Part shown: positions 49,350-61,460 of the stretch, in pieces
Layout: every line of letters begins with the position of its first letter
How positions within the stretch are numbered: position 1 is the stretch's first letter
Assembly: GCA_904063045.1 (NCBI GenBank)
Contig: CAJFCJ010000026.1
Location: 288,964 to 352,963 of the forward strand
DNA: 64,000 nucleotides
Direction of reading: 5' to 3'
Source of the DNA: Dimorphilus gyrociliatus
Taxonomy: Eukaryota > Animalia > Annelida
Made by a program: the position numbers and the translations under genes
The notes under the pieces: generated by a model
Seen by the model: the letters and a program-made list of their open reading frames with translations, nothing else
Told to the model about the DNA's origin: nothing
The model's database searches: none

Positions 49350-50850
49350 CTAGGAGTGTTGGGATCATTGGCTCTTCCAGGTCGTCGATTACAAAGTTTA
49401 TCGGGCGATCATTCATCTGTTTTTCGATGGAGAATATTGTTAGACGTATATTTTCCCAATGATGAAGCGTGTTTCTTTTTTAACTTCGATGTAGAAAACA
49501 TCATTTTAATTAGTCTTATAAGTCTTTCTAAAATTCCCATTTTGTGGGAAGAGTACGGTGAGCTTCCATATCAGATGTTTTACACTGGGTTACTCCTGAT
49601 AGCGTTTTTCTATTGTTCGTTGTAATTTTCGGAAGGTCGGGGCAGAGTCAGATCCAAATGACCCCGGCATTCCCCACCTATTCGTAAATAGTTGGAATTC
49701 TACCGTCAGGAGTCCGATAATAGAGATTTTATGGACGATATCTGCACAGCGCATGAGCGGAGGCATGTGATGACAAGAAGATATACAGTACTTTCTCGTG
49801 GTGTATAGTCCTACATATAGGTCCGGTTAGATCTACCGCACAATCTTGGAACGGACTGGTGAATCCCTCTGTTCGAGAGTTCGGTAAATTCGCCATTCGT
49901 ATGGTCGCTTTCTTATCATTGTTTGCTAGATAGATTTTGCATCTTTTGACAACTTTCTTTACGCCTATTGTAGGATATATAGGGTGTACGCATTCAGCTA
50001 GTTTCATCCAAGTTTCTTTGAGAAACGTATGACTGTATCCTTAATGGATGTGGCTTATGAGCTTTATGATGATGGGGTGACGGGTATCCACAATAGCTTT
50101 CTTTGTCTCTCTTAACTTGTCGGACCTTCCTAATGTGATATAGGTATTATCGTCCTCTTTCATCAGCAAATATGGTTTTACTAGTTTTTGTATTGGCATT
50201 TGTATTGGCACCTTGTACGATTTTGATTAAATGCCGCTGGTATGAGTCTAATTCAGCCGTCGATATGTTTGGGTGTTTTAAGAAGTTGACAGCTGATGAA
50301 GCTTCTGGACATTATACGGCGCATCTTTGGCCAGTATCCTGGAATACTGAATAAGAAATCTGCTACCACTAGATTTACGGTAACGTTGGTTTCACTCGAT
50401 TCTATCTGATTCCTTTTGAATAAAGGCCATTTCTCCCTCATTCTTTTTCTAGTTTTCGTCAAATAATCTGCAGGATTATCCGATGATTGAATATATTGTC
50501 AACATTCTTTTCTCAGTTGCTATTAATGTTTTGACTGCGGATGAGACAGTCTTTGACAGTTTCAAGTCTCCATTTTCTAGATAGCATAGAACTATCTTAC
50601 TGTCTGCGAAAACTTTGATCGGGGATTGTAGGAACACATTCTTATAGGGCTTAATAAAATTAGATGCCCGTACTGCTGCCGTCAATTCTGCCCTAGGAAT
50701 TGATGCTCTCGGCTAGAAGTGACGAGAGGACGAAGAAAGGAGATAACCCTGATGCCCATGTATTACATATACAGCAGCACCATATGCTACATCCTAAAGC
50801 GTCAGCATATATATGTGTTGTCGACGTAGTGAAATTCTAGGCCAAGGTAG
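49350..50850 (-). mobile_element. BEL/Pao copy C (RNase H end and integrase)
   Basis: ELTAAVRA...VFADSKIVL; integrase zinc-finger region VVKRCKIYLANN...ANLPNSR...PFQDCAVDLTGP; GILERLIRLIK...MNDRPI. Confidence 0.85.
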
Positions 50851-51000
50851 TTTTGTACTCGACAATAATTACCGCTATAACTATTATTAATAATAACGTC
50901 CTTTTCTACTTTACTGGGACCTGAATATATTTCATATGTTCGACTAGAAATTTGTTTGGTTATATAATCCAATGAAAATTTTTGAGTAGTATTAGAGTAT

Positions 51001-51018
51001 TAACCTAACACTAACCCT
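51001..51018 (+). repeat. Degenerate telomere-type tract at the truncated 3' end of BEL copy D
   Basis: taacctaacactaaccct directly abuts the point where integrase-tail homology stops. Confidence 0.55.
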
Positions 51019-51019
51019 G

Positions 51020-54000
51020 TCTTTGCGTAGTTGAGTCTTACAGCTTGCAATTAGTCTATTACGCTCCTCAGATATTGTTGCTGAGTCATAATTGTCGTCT
51101 TTAAATTGGAACCTTTGATAGTTTTATAAAACAGAAAGTGTTACTGTCATCCGTTTACCTAGTAGTTCATCGATCGAAAAACTAATCGATTGATTATTCA
51201 TCTGATTCTCGATTGCAGATATCGTGAGGCATATTTCTGACCAAGTTGATAGTTGATTCTTTTAAAATCCGAAGTGGTAAGTAGTTTCTTTATAAGGCCT
51301 ATGAGTCTTTCTATTCTACTACTCCCATTATATGTGAATAATATAACATTAATTTATGGAGCGATATAATTTCGTAAACGTTGGAGCGGAATCTGATATG
51401 ATTGATTCTGGACATTCCCATTTATTCAGAAATAGTTGTATGTCAATCATCAGTGAACTTGATGATAGGGAATTTGTAGCTAATAGCTTTAGTTTTGGGA
51501 ATCTTTCCAGCGTAATACTGTCCACGACGAAAATATCCATATAACCTTAACTAATTAGTTTGTCTTTATTTTTTTTTTCAAATTTATATTTTTTATGTTA
51601 GTTAAAGAGTTACTTTTCAATCCTGTTCCCTTTGTTGACAATAACCTGACAAACTCTCTTCCCCATTCCTTCATACAAGTGCTTTACAAAATCTCTATCA
51701 AATTTATTAATTTTTTCAACTTTCTCTTGAATCTTATCCCATAAATGATTGAGGGTTTGAGGTTTCTCTATTTCATAAATTTTTTGTTTCAAATAACTCC
51801 ACAAATTCTCTATGGGATTGAGGTCAGGAGAGTATGGAGGCCAATCAAGGACTTGGATCCTATTCTCCTCCAGCACATCTAGTGTTACACTGCCAGTGTG
51901 TGGGGGTGCATTGTCCTGCCGCCAGATGAAGTTTTCACCAAATTTTTCCCTCAATACAGGAAACATTGTTCCCAGTATGAATTCGAAGTATATTTCTCCA
52001 GTTATGTTAGAGGGAAGTCTTTGGATGAAAACTTCACCATTAGAGGATATACACCCCCACACCATCACTCCTCCTCCACCAATAGGAAGCTTATCCCTGG
52101 ATAGTCTTGGTCGATCATCTAACTGCCACATTTACATGTGATCCGGTCCACCTAGGGAGAATCTTGACTCATTTTTACTCACTTTTGATGATCTTCACCT
52201 CCTATCAGGTTGTCCCTCCCTTTTATTCTCACAAATATACTGCAATGAAGACTTAAGGATATTCAAATCCCTTTCTAATTTTTCATAGGTCATCTGGCTT
52301 TTTTTCCATCTTACCAGCTGTCTTACTTGCCTGTCGTATTTCATAATGACTAATAAGTTGAAACAATTGTCTGCTAAAACTAAATTGTTCGAAATTCGAA
52401 TGTTCTATAAATTATTTAGACCAAAAATATGTTTGTATGGATATTTATAGCGCACGAACATCCACGAGAGAAACGGCGAGAATATGAAGAGAGAAGATAG
52501 CCATTATCATTATGAATAAGGTATACTACGGCACCATAGACAACGTCAGATGTATTAGCGTAGATATAAATGAGATCAGGGTGGGGTACTTGTCGAGGGA
52601 GGGTATAGATATCTGAAGTTTGTTCAATGATATTCTGTAGAATCAGTAATTTCAGTATCCCAAGATAAACCATGGAATTAGGAAATTAGTAGTTTAAGTT
52701 GGAGTTTACTAGGTTCGATAAAAACCAAGTATATTTCATTTATTGCTGGCAAAAAATAATAGAAATGACGTTTCGTAATTGAGCGGTCAGATGGCCAGGC
52801 ACCAAGACCAAGTACTTTCATGCGAAATTCAAAATGTTTAATTTGAAGTGAAGAGTGAGAGCTGATCCATGGACTGTTAGTAGTGTATTTGGGAAGAGGA
52901 AGGTCCTTCGATAAAAGTTCGTGGTGTAAGCGAAAAGCTAAGTTTTCCAATTCTTACTCATAGTCAGTCACCTACTAGAATTTAAGTCATCCATGTAAAA
53001 AGATTTCAATATAATGTACTTTTCGGTATCTGATAGTGATTTAGCTTGAAGGATTGTAGAATTTTAAGCGGTACAGGCGATAAAAGGAGAACTAGTAGCT
53101 CCAAAAATATGTCTAGTCATAACAGCAGAAAGTATATGATCTTTCCTTAGAGGATCTTTGTAAAAGAAACCAAAATAAGCTTGATGAGATATCTGTATCC
53201 TAATAAAATTCATGAACATAGACTTTATAGCGGCTAATATAAAAAATGATTGGGTACGCCATAAAGTGGGAAGTTGTAGTTGATTTGACAATAGTGATGG
53301 TCCAGGTAAAAGGATGTCGTTTAGAGAGTAGCCTTGATATCTAGCAGCTCCGTCAAATACAATTCGGATAGTTTCTTTTTCAGGACTCTTTACGCCATGA
53401 TGAAGTAGATAAAATTTTACTTCGTGAAGTGGAACAGGGCGAGCATAGCCTTTGTCAAATAGAATTTGGATACCTTGTTTATATTCATCATTATAGATTT
53501 GTTGACGACGAATCGATTGAAACTGACCCTTTGCCATAGATTTGTTATTTGTAAAACGGAAGGATCATGTTTGAATGGTAGAGGAAAGGTCCAGTAATTG
53601 TCAGACGGTAGAGAGTAACTGGCTAGGATATTAAGAGCGCGAATATCGTTAAGAGAATGATGAGGTTCAGAATCAAAATCGTCGACATCGGCAAGTTGAA
53701 TGATAGGATTCAAATGATGAACATTCGGATTTGTCTCAACGTATGAGATATAATTAGCCATATGAGTCTCTTCCGCATTTGGAGAAAAAGGAGTTCTATG
53801 TTCTATACCAACCAAGAGGATATTTTATATAAGTGAAATGATCACGTCGAAAGGTGTATAGAGGTCCATGATGAATTGTACATCTACCAATTAGTAGATC
53901 AAGTTCACCGGGAGATAGCTCTTTTTCTGAGAAGTTAGAGTCGATGTATGTGTCCATATCATCTATTAGATGATTGTTTCTTAGTAGTAGGTACACTATG

Positions 54001-54850
54001 GACCACATAAGCGTAGATATCATGGTATTGATCGAGATGAGGGAATATGATCTTGACTTGTTCCTTGGCAATTGATTGAAATGGGTTCTTTGTATATGAG
54101 ATGTCCATACGGCATTGTTCAGTGGATTAGGTTACAGATGGGTAGATTTAAAACATAAGGAATTTTTTGAATTCGACAAGATCGGCTACGGCATTAGGTT
54201 GAAAGAGTTTTTCTTATTAAGAAATCGGTCTAAAGTGTTTCCCTCCTGGTATTAAGGTATTACCATAGGCAAAATTTAAGATTTGTAAAAGATTGGTGAA
54301 ATTGTCCTTGTGTTTACTCAAATCATAATACTCTTGGCAATCGTCATCATCTGCTAGCCAACGTTTTAAGATTTGAAATTTTTCAATATCTTCTAATTCG
54401 GCTTCCAACAATGGGTCAATAAAGTTTATGCTAAAATTCTGGTAATTGGCACTTTTTTCATTTTTCAGACGAGTCAATCTTTTCGTTCCTTAGAATATCA
54501 ATTCTAGAATTCGGATTCGAAATGTATAGTGTTGCGTCATTTTCTCTGTTTTTAAATGTTCGAAATTTTTTGATATTAGAAGTTCCGTTATCTTGTTCTT
54601 CAATCGTTGTAATATGTTCCAAGTCTTGTCTTCGAGTGTGAATGGGAGACTTATATGATTCTTTAATCGTACCTGATTGAATGGATCCTATCATTTGTAT
54701 GAGGCGTTCCATTTGTGTCATCTCTGATTTCATAGCGTTGATCTCCGCTCTATTTTGGGCGTTAGATTCCTCAATTTTTCCAGTTTTTCATCTAATGCTG
54801 ATGAATCAACCATATTGGACTGTTGAAATGTTTCCAAATGGCCTAAACGG
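51020..54850 (-). mobile_element. BEL/Pao copy D (gag-PR-RT-RH-IN), interrupted by a Tc1 element
   Basis: gag pieces 54217-54733; RT IRIVFDGAARYQGYSLNDILLPGPSLL, RHIFGATSSPF and FYMDD (about 52990); RNase H 52416-52673; integrase CPESIISDSAPTF (51349-51540). Confidence 0.9.
51570..52410 (-). mobile_element. Tc1 (DD34E) transposon remnant with an open C-terminal catalytic ORF (51610-52131)
   Basis: GGGGVMVWGCIS, WRQDNAPPH, 34 residues, then DWPPYSPDLNPIENLW. The N-terminal part is decayed. Confidence 0.9.
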
Positions 54851-54859
54851 CTGGTGCAT

Positions 54860-56080
54860 TTAGCAATCGTTTGACTTTGATGGTATACTTGGGGAGGGGT
54901 AGGTTCTTGGCGGCAAGTTCATGATCTAGATGGTAGGCGAGATTCTCCAAGTCCTGTTTATTATTGCTTAAGAGAATGAGGTCATCCATATAAAAGGATT
55001 TCGATATTAGTTCTTTCTTTAGCATTGTCAGTGTTGTAGCTTTGTTGATGATCGAATGTAGGCTGTACAAGCGATGAAAGGTGAGCTTGTAGCTCCAAAT
55101 ATATGGCAGGTCATGACTGCCGAAAGAATGTGGCCTGTTTTTGTAGGGTCCTCGTAGAGAAATCCAAAATAAGATTTATGAGGGGTATGAACTCGGATGT
55201 TCATACGCATCGACTTGATGTTGGCTAGTATAGAAAATAGTTGCGTGCGCCATAATGTAAGAAGTTGCAGTTGGTTAGGCAGCAGTGAAGAGCTTGGTAG
55301 AAGGATATCGTTTAAGGAACGTCCATTGAACTTTGTGGCGCCATCGAAAACAATCCTAATAGTTTCTTTCTCTGGGATCTTGACACAGTGGTGGGTAAGG
55401 TAAAACTTAACTTCATCGTGGGGTACAGGACAGGCATAGTCTTTATCGAAGAGTGTTTGTATACCTCTGATGTATTCGCCGTTCTATTTTTTGTAGGTGA
55501 ATAGATTGGAATCGTCCTCTAGCCATTGATTTGTTATTTTGTAATTTCGGTGGATTGCATATCATAGATGGATATCCTGTCATTGTCATAATCGGAGTGA
55601 TTTATAATAACAGGAAGGGTCGCTTTAGGAGATGTTGGTGGAGAGATGTATGGTGAAGTTGGTTGCATCATTAACAACGGGACTTAGAAGGACAGTTGTC
55701 ATTGGTATGGCCGCTTCGTAAACAATCAGAGCACAGGTGAAGAATATGAACTAGTCTTTTCTTATCGTCTAGGTTTGCGTTGGAATATGAAGGACAGTAG
55801 GCCAGGCATAGATGATTTTCGGGGCATAGGCATCGTGAACTTGTAATTGCATTTGTTGATAAATTTGTCGTAGTCTATTACGGGGGGAACGTAGGATCCA
55901 TTTTGGATAATATTTGTAACGTTCGTGATTGTTTTATCCAGTTCTTGTACGAGTGAATTGAAGTCAAAGGAATGGTTAAAAACGATATGTCTGACTTTCT
56001 GCTGGATGGGTATTGGTAATTTAGGGATAAATTGATTAAGTTTAGGGTGTTGCCTTTATTTTCTAGTCGATTCAAAGATA
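54860..56080 (-). mobile_element. BEL/Pao segment E2 (gag knuckles joined to RT, protease missing)
   Basis: LCLAYCPSY...CSDCLRSGHTNDNCPSKSRC..C..LHHTSLH (about 55620-55820); HIFGATSSPFIAC; SFYMDDLIL. Confidence 0.85.
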
Positions 56081-56099
56081 TAAGAAGAATGTTGAATGG

Positions 56100-57378
56100 G
56101 TTGAAAGGTTGCGTTTTTATTAAGAATTCTTTCTATCGACGTTTCGTTGACTACACCACTATTCGTAGCGTATTTTGTTACAGTTAGGCCTTCTTTATGT
56201 AGACGATACTCCAGGTTTTCTAGTTCCTGCTCATTATCGCCTGGGAAAGCTCAGTATTCTTTAGTTGGCTATACGTTGATATTTTATCAATGATTTCTTA
56301 TGCAAAGTCGAAGTCTTTTTTTTAAACTTTTGTATAAGTTTTTTATATACCTATTAGGTATTTTTTGAAATTCGTCCTCCCATTGCTCTCCATAAATCAT
56401 GTTTATTATTTATATTGTGTTTTGGCATACAGTTTCCTCGGTATGCCATAAATTTTCTATCATGTTGGGCTCAGGGCGGTCGGCTGCCCAATCTTTTAGT
56501 ACTTTTATTTTTTCTTTTCTTAAAAATTCCAATGTGGAGGCTGAAGTATGGCACTTTGCCCCATTCTGCATTAATCTTTCATCTTTATGGTAAATGGGTG
56601 ATAAATACTGACTTAAAATTTCTTGATGTTTCAAACTGTATACCCATCGTACAAGGCTATTGCACTGTCTCCTTTAGACTTTATACAGCTTTCGTCTGAA
56701 AAATTACGTTGTTGATGTCTTTCTCGTCCTCCTCCATCAACTGCGTCGCTTGTTTTAAGACCCGGTTTCCCTATGGCAATATAGCCTCGATATTGATATC
56801 TTATTACAAAATCCAGATTCCTGAAGTACATTTCTTGCAGTAAGGAAAGGGTTTTCTCCCGGCAATGTTACAAGGATGCGTAATGAGCTTGCTTGCATTT
56901 CTTACATTTGAATTTTGATGGGCAATTTTCTCTCATTTGTCCATCCTGTAGACAATTCGGGCAACGATTGAGAATTGGGACAATCTTTGTCTTCCCTTAA
57001 GATCGGAATTATATATAGGTCGGACAACAGGTCAGACACAAGTGATTTTCCGTACATAAACACCTGGAATTCTTGTTAAATGATGAAATTTGTCTGTCTT
57101 TAATCTAAAGTTTTTTTGAACTCAATCCAATTGAAAGGGGATTGTCTCTTTGAGAATTTGAATGATGCGGGCTCCATTTGTGTCGTCATTCTATTCTCCA
57201 TCGCGTTGATCTCTGCTCTATTCTGAGCGTTTGATTCCGAAAATCTTTCTTTGAATCCTTTTCTTTACTCCTCCAATTTTTCATCCAGTTTCTCATCAAT
57301 TGTGCTTCCCAAATGGTTTGGAAAGTTGGTGTATCTGTCTCTTTCTTGGTATTTCAATTTTATTATACTCTAAGTTAT
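56100..57378 (-). mobile_element. BEL/Pao segment E1 (gag start, knuckles, RT piece) with a nested Tc1
   Basis: gag start next to the LTR; RCPNCLQDGQMRENCPSKFKCKKCKQAHYASL (about 56875-56970); RT piece QELENLEYRL...VTKYATNS (about 56150-56250). Confidence 0.8.
56340..56865 (-). mobile_element. Tc1/mariner remnant
   Basis: NPFLTA, NFSDESCI, MQNGAKCHTS and IKVLKDWAADRPEPNMIENLWH. Confidence 0.8.
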
Positions 57379-57601
57379 TGTTGTCGTTGAGTGAGTTACG
57401 ATCGTAGGTGACCGCTATTTACCGAATTTTACTAATATAGCACGTAGAAGGTAGATGTGGGGTTAGGGCGAAGAACGTAGAACGCATGATATTTATGTCT
57501 TAACAAGGATTTTAAAAGTTAAAACGTAACGTAGTTTAAGTTAATAATGATAGGCGTAATGTAAAATCGTTTAGGACTAGTCGCTATGACCACCGACTAC
57601 A
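57379..57601 (-). mobile_element. Complete 223-bp BEL LTR shared by tandem copies F and E1
   Basis: Termini TGTTGTC...GACTACA (6/7 inverted match). The integrase tail abuts the right end and the gag start abuts the left end. Confidence 0.85.
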
Positions 57602-60600
57602 CTGGCCGAGGAAAGGGGAACGGAAAGGAGCTCATTCGATAGGTAAGGGATTGTCTCTTGCGTCTCTCGATTTTGCTGTACCCTGTATTTCAGTGATTTG
57701 ACGAGTATTGTGTCCTAGTTTAAAGTTATATATAGATCATTGATCAAAGTATAGTATGATATCGTCTGCTTGTAGTTCTAGCTTGAACTTGTCTTTAGTC
57801 CTTTTACATAGGTCGTTAAAGAGTTCCGTGATACATTTCGAGTTTAATAGTTGACGTTCTTTTGTAATCACTACTGCCGGGTTGTATGCGCCATCTTTAA
57901 TCGGTAATTTGTTTAGTTTGATAAAGACTATGGATGGTACAGTCATTAGATCGGATCACCTAGTTCGTTGATCGAGAAACTTATGGGGCGTGGTTCATTT
58001 GGTTTTCGATTGCCGAAACAGTGAGTCTAATAGTGTCCCAGTTAAATTGTTTTTTTTTCTTTCTGAGCTAATGGTCATTCTTTTAATCAGTCCAATCAGT
58101 CGTTATGGGGTGAATAGACTGAGCTGAATTTCCAGATCAGGTACTTTACGTTCGATTGTTTTCTATAGTTCCATTTATCTATGAATAGTTGAAACCCAAC
58201 CATCAAAGTCACTGGGGACGGTGAGGTTGTAGGTATCATTTGTAAAGAACGGAAATGCAAAACAGATAATCACAAGGGTATAAAGTCATGGTCATAAAAA
58301 CCCGGACACTGTGAATTTTGATAGGCAAAACCTAATCCTTTTTTTATTTTTTCAGTGTTTATTATTAGGTTATTTTTATATGCGACCGCCCCCTTTTTCG
58401 ATACATTTACTAATTCTTTAGCCTATCCCATAATTCATTATATAAATTTGGTAACAACTCTGGATTCTTCTTGATAATCTCATAACTAACAGGATTTTTG
58501 AATTTTTTCCCACAATTTATCCTCAGACTCGAACTGTTGCCCATCATAAACCATTGTTTTTGTAAGGTGTCACATATTCTCAATTGGGCTCAGATCAGGG
58601 CTCTTTGCTGGCATATCAATTGGCTTGATATCATTATTTGCAAAGGCATCTTCCACAATAAAGCAGCTATAATTTTCTGCATTTAATTTTGTCCTTATCC
58701 TTTTTTGCCCAATCTACTATTATCTCAAAGGTAAAGTCGACAGTTATCACGTTAATCATAGTATTAGGTGTGTCATACTCAATATATATTTCTATAAATG
58801 CTTCCTATTTCTCCTGCATCTTTCTTCTCACCTTTGTCAGGTAATCGGCAGGGTTGTCCTCCAATCTAATGAAGCACCAACTGGCTTCCGATTTAGTTTT
58901 TAACTATTGATTTCACTGTATGACGTATATATTTAAATCTCCGTTTTCAAAGTAACTATGTACTACTTGACTGTCAATGAAAACTTTAATCTGAGTGTCT
59001 AGAAAGACGGTTTTATAAGACTTGATAAAATTAGCGGCTCTTATAGCTGCCATCAATTCTGCTTCAGGGATTGGTGTGGTGTCCTGGGCGATGAAAAAAG
59101 GCGAGAAGATGTCAGCACATTGTCTTTATTGCCGTTGACCGCATATACTGTTGTGCCATAAACTATGTGGGAAGCATCGACATAAATGTGGATTACATCA
59201 GGAGATGAGGTCTGTCTTGTAATTGAGTTCCTACCCCGCCGATTTCCTGACAAAGGTGAGAAGAAAGATGAAGGAAAAATGGGAATCACTGGAAATCTCT
59301 TTTATTACCTTATTAATGTAGGTTCCATTGTTGCTTGTTTTGTCCAAACTTTGGCCGTAGAACTCAGAGATGAGGACTTTGGCTTGTAGTTTTACGGGTT
59401 CAATGAATCCCATAATATCATACATTTGAGCGATATATGAGTAAAAATGACGTTTCGTGATTGGACTTTTGATATCTCGGTTATATAGATTAACTTCAAT
59501 TTCATCTTGACGCGGAATAAAGATTAGTCCTAATACATTAATAGGGTTTTCGAAATGCTTGATATTTAGGGAAAAATGCGCACTGATTCATGTACTGTTC
59601 GTAACGTATTTTGCTAGAAGTAGGTCTTTGGCTGCCAGTTCTTGGTGTAACTGGTATGCTAGGTTTTCTAATTTGTCTTCGACATCGCCGACCAAAATAA
59701 GATCATCCATGTAAAAGGACCTTGACATTATTTTCTTCTCTTGGGTAGTTAAGAAGCTTGATTTATTGTGTTATTTAGAGCACTGCATGCAAAAGATAGA
59801 ATATTACCCTCACTTTGGGGATCTTTGTAAAGGAACCCAAAGTAGGGTTGATGTGTTAGTTGCTCCATGGTGAGGCAAATGGAATTTGACTTCTTCATGT
59901 GGTACCGGGAGTACGTAAGAGTTATTGAACAAGGACTAGATGCCTTTTTTATATTCGTTGTCATCAACAGATTTGCGGTGGACGGCTAAAAATCTCTCTC
60001 TCGCCATAAAACGATTGTTTTGTAACACGTTCGCATCATGTTTGAATGGTAATGAAATGGTCAAATAGTCATAATATCAACTGCATGCGAGTCGTTAATA
60101 GAACGGGGAGAATCTATATCAAGTTCATCCATGTCTGATAATTCAATTGGCTTGGTCCACGAGATGAACATTTGGATTGTTTTTGGTGTAGACTGTGTTG
60201 ACCATATTGGTACAATTAGTAGTCTCATTATGAGGTGAGGTGGTTCGGAACCAACCAAGGGCGTTATCTAACGTAAGTGTATTGTTTTGTCAAATACAAT
60301 CGTTTTGGGGAGGTCCAAGATGCGTATGTGTACCATGCTGACGGGAACTTTGTCCAATGAGCAAGTCTACTCTGCCATTGGGAAGAGCTGGTTCAGTATA
60401 ATGTTTGTTGACGTATACTGACGGTTAGTTTGGCATGGGTGATAATGAATCCACTACATGAGCGTTGACATCTTATTTCTTTCCTAGATGAGGGAATATG
60501 ATTCTGACTTGTTTCGTTGTTATTGCTTGGAAGTCGTTATTGATATATATGTCAATGTGACTTCATTTATTCAGGCTCGTTATATTTTCAGGAATTGTCT

Positions 60601-60844
60601 ACTGATGAGAGAGACAGCTGCCCCTGTATCAATGACCAATTATTATTAACCAATGGATTTTTTAATTATCGGCACTGTTACATCATACACAGGGTCTTTC
60701 TTCAAATTTCTAATCCTTTGCTCCTCAGTTTCCCATCAAGTGTTGTCGGCCATATTGGTCAGTTGAGTAATAGCCTCCAATTGGCAACTGCTTGAGTTTG
60801 TCACTTCCTCGGCATATTCAATTCTTACTATTACCTTAAATTAA
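57602..60844 (-). mobile_element. BEL/Pao copy F (short gag, PR, RT, RH, IN) with a nested Tc1
   Basis: Protease LVIDTGAAVSLIS (about 60600-60640); RT FYMDDLIL (about 59700); RNase H IHIYVDASHIVYG; integrase tail 57737-57946. Confidence 0.9.
58283..58730 (-). mobile_element. Tc1 remnant retaining one TIR
   Basis: TA then AAGTCATGGTCATAAAAACCCGGACACTGTGAATTTTGATAGGC, similar to the TIR at 61902. Minus strand reads PAKSPDLSPIEN. Confidence 0.8.
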
Positions 60845-60947
60845 TGTTGTCGTTGAATAGTTATAGCTGTGATTATCGTTATTAGCCGACTTTATTAATA
60901 TAACACGTAGAAGTCGTCAAGCTCAGTCGTTGTGACCACCAGCTACA
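60845..60947 (-). mobile_element. Shortened outermost 5' LTR of the BEL array
   Basis: TGTTGTC at 60845, a shared core (taatat..cacgtagaag) and a ...GACCACCAGCTACA terminus. No element sequence to its right. Confidence 0.75.
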
Positions 60948-61349
60948 TATAGTATAGGGATAGGGGTGAGGTGGCGCTCTCTGTATAGCATACCCATATC
61001 ATGCAGTTTTTATGATTAAGTTAATTTTCTGCTTTTCCTTGTTACTTTCCTCCAATGGTGTGACGAGATGTTTTTTCTCAGTATTATTGACTGGTTATGA
61101 AATGATGTTGTTGTTGAGCAGCTGAATTTTCATCAAGATTTCTATGAGTCGACGTCTATAATCTTCAAACAGACCTTACATCTGAGATAAGGAAGACTTT
61201 GAAAAAATTAAAGAATTTATTAGGCTAAGATAGATTATTCTAGCAGTTTCACATCGAAATTCATAATTTTAACTGATTCTCATCAATTTTCAAATCATTA
61301 ACTTGTTCTTAAAAAGTAAAAATTATTGTAAAAATGCTGCGGGGTAACG

Positions 61350-61460
61350 AAAGTGAAGGTCGACAGATTTCTAAAATGGTGGGAATGTATTGAAGGTCAA
61401 GGTCAACAAATTATAGAAATGGAGAGGGGGTATTGAAGGTGAAGGTCGATAACTCACAAA
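61350..61460 (+). repeat. Three degenerate about 45-bp tandem units containing AAGGT(C/G)AAGGTC
   Basis: aagtgaaggtcgac..., tgaaggtcaaggtcaac..., tgaaggtgaaggtcgat..., each followed by an aaatgg motif. Confidence 0.7.
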
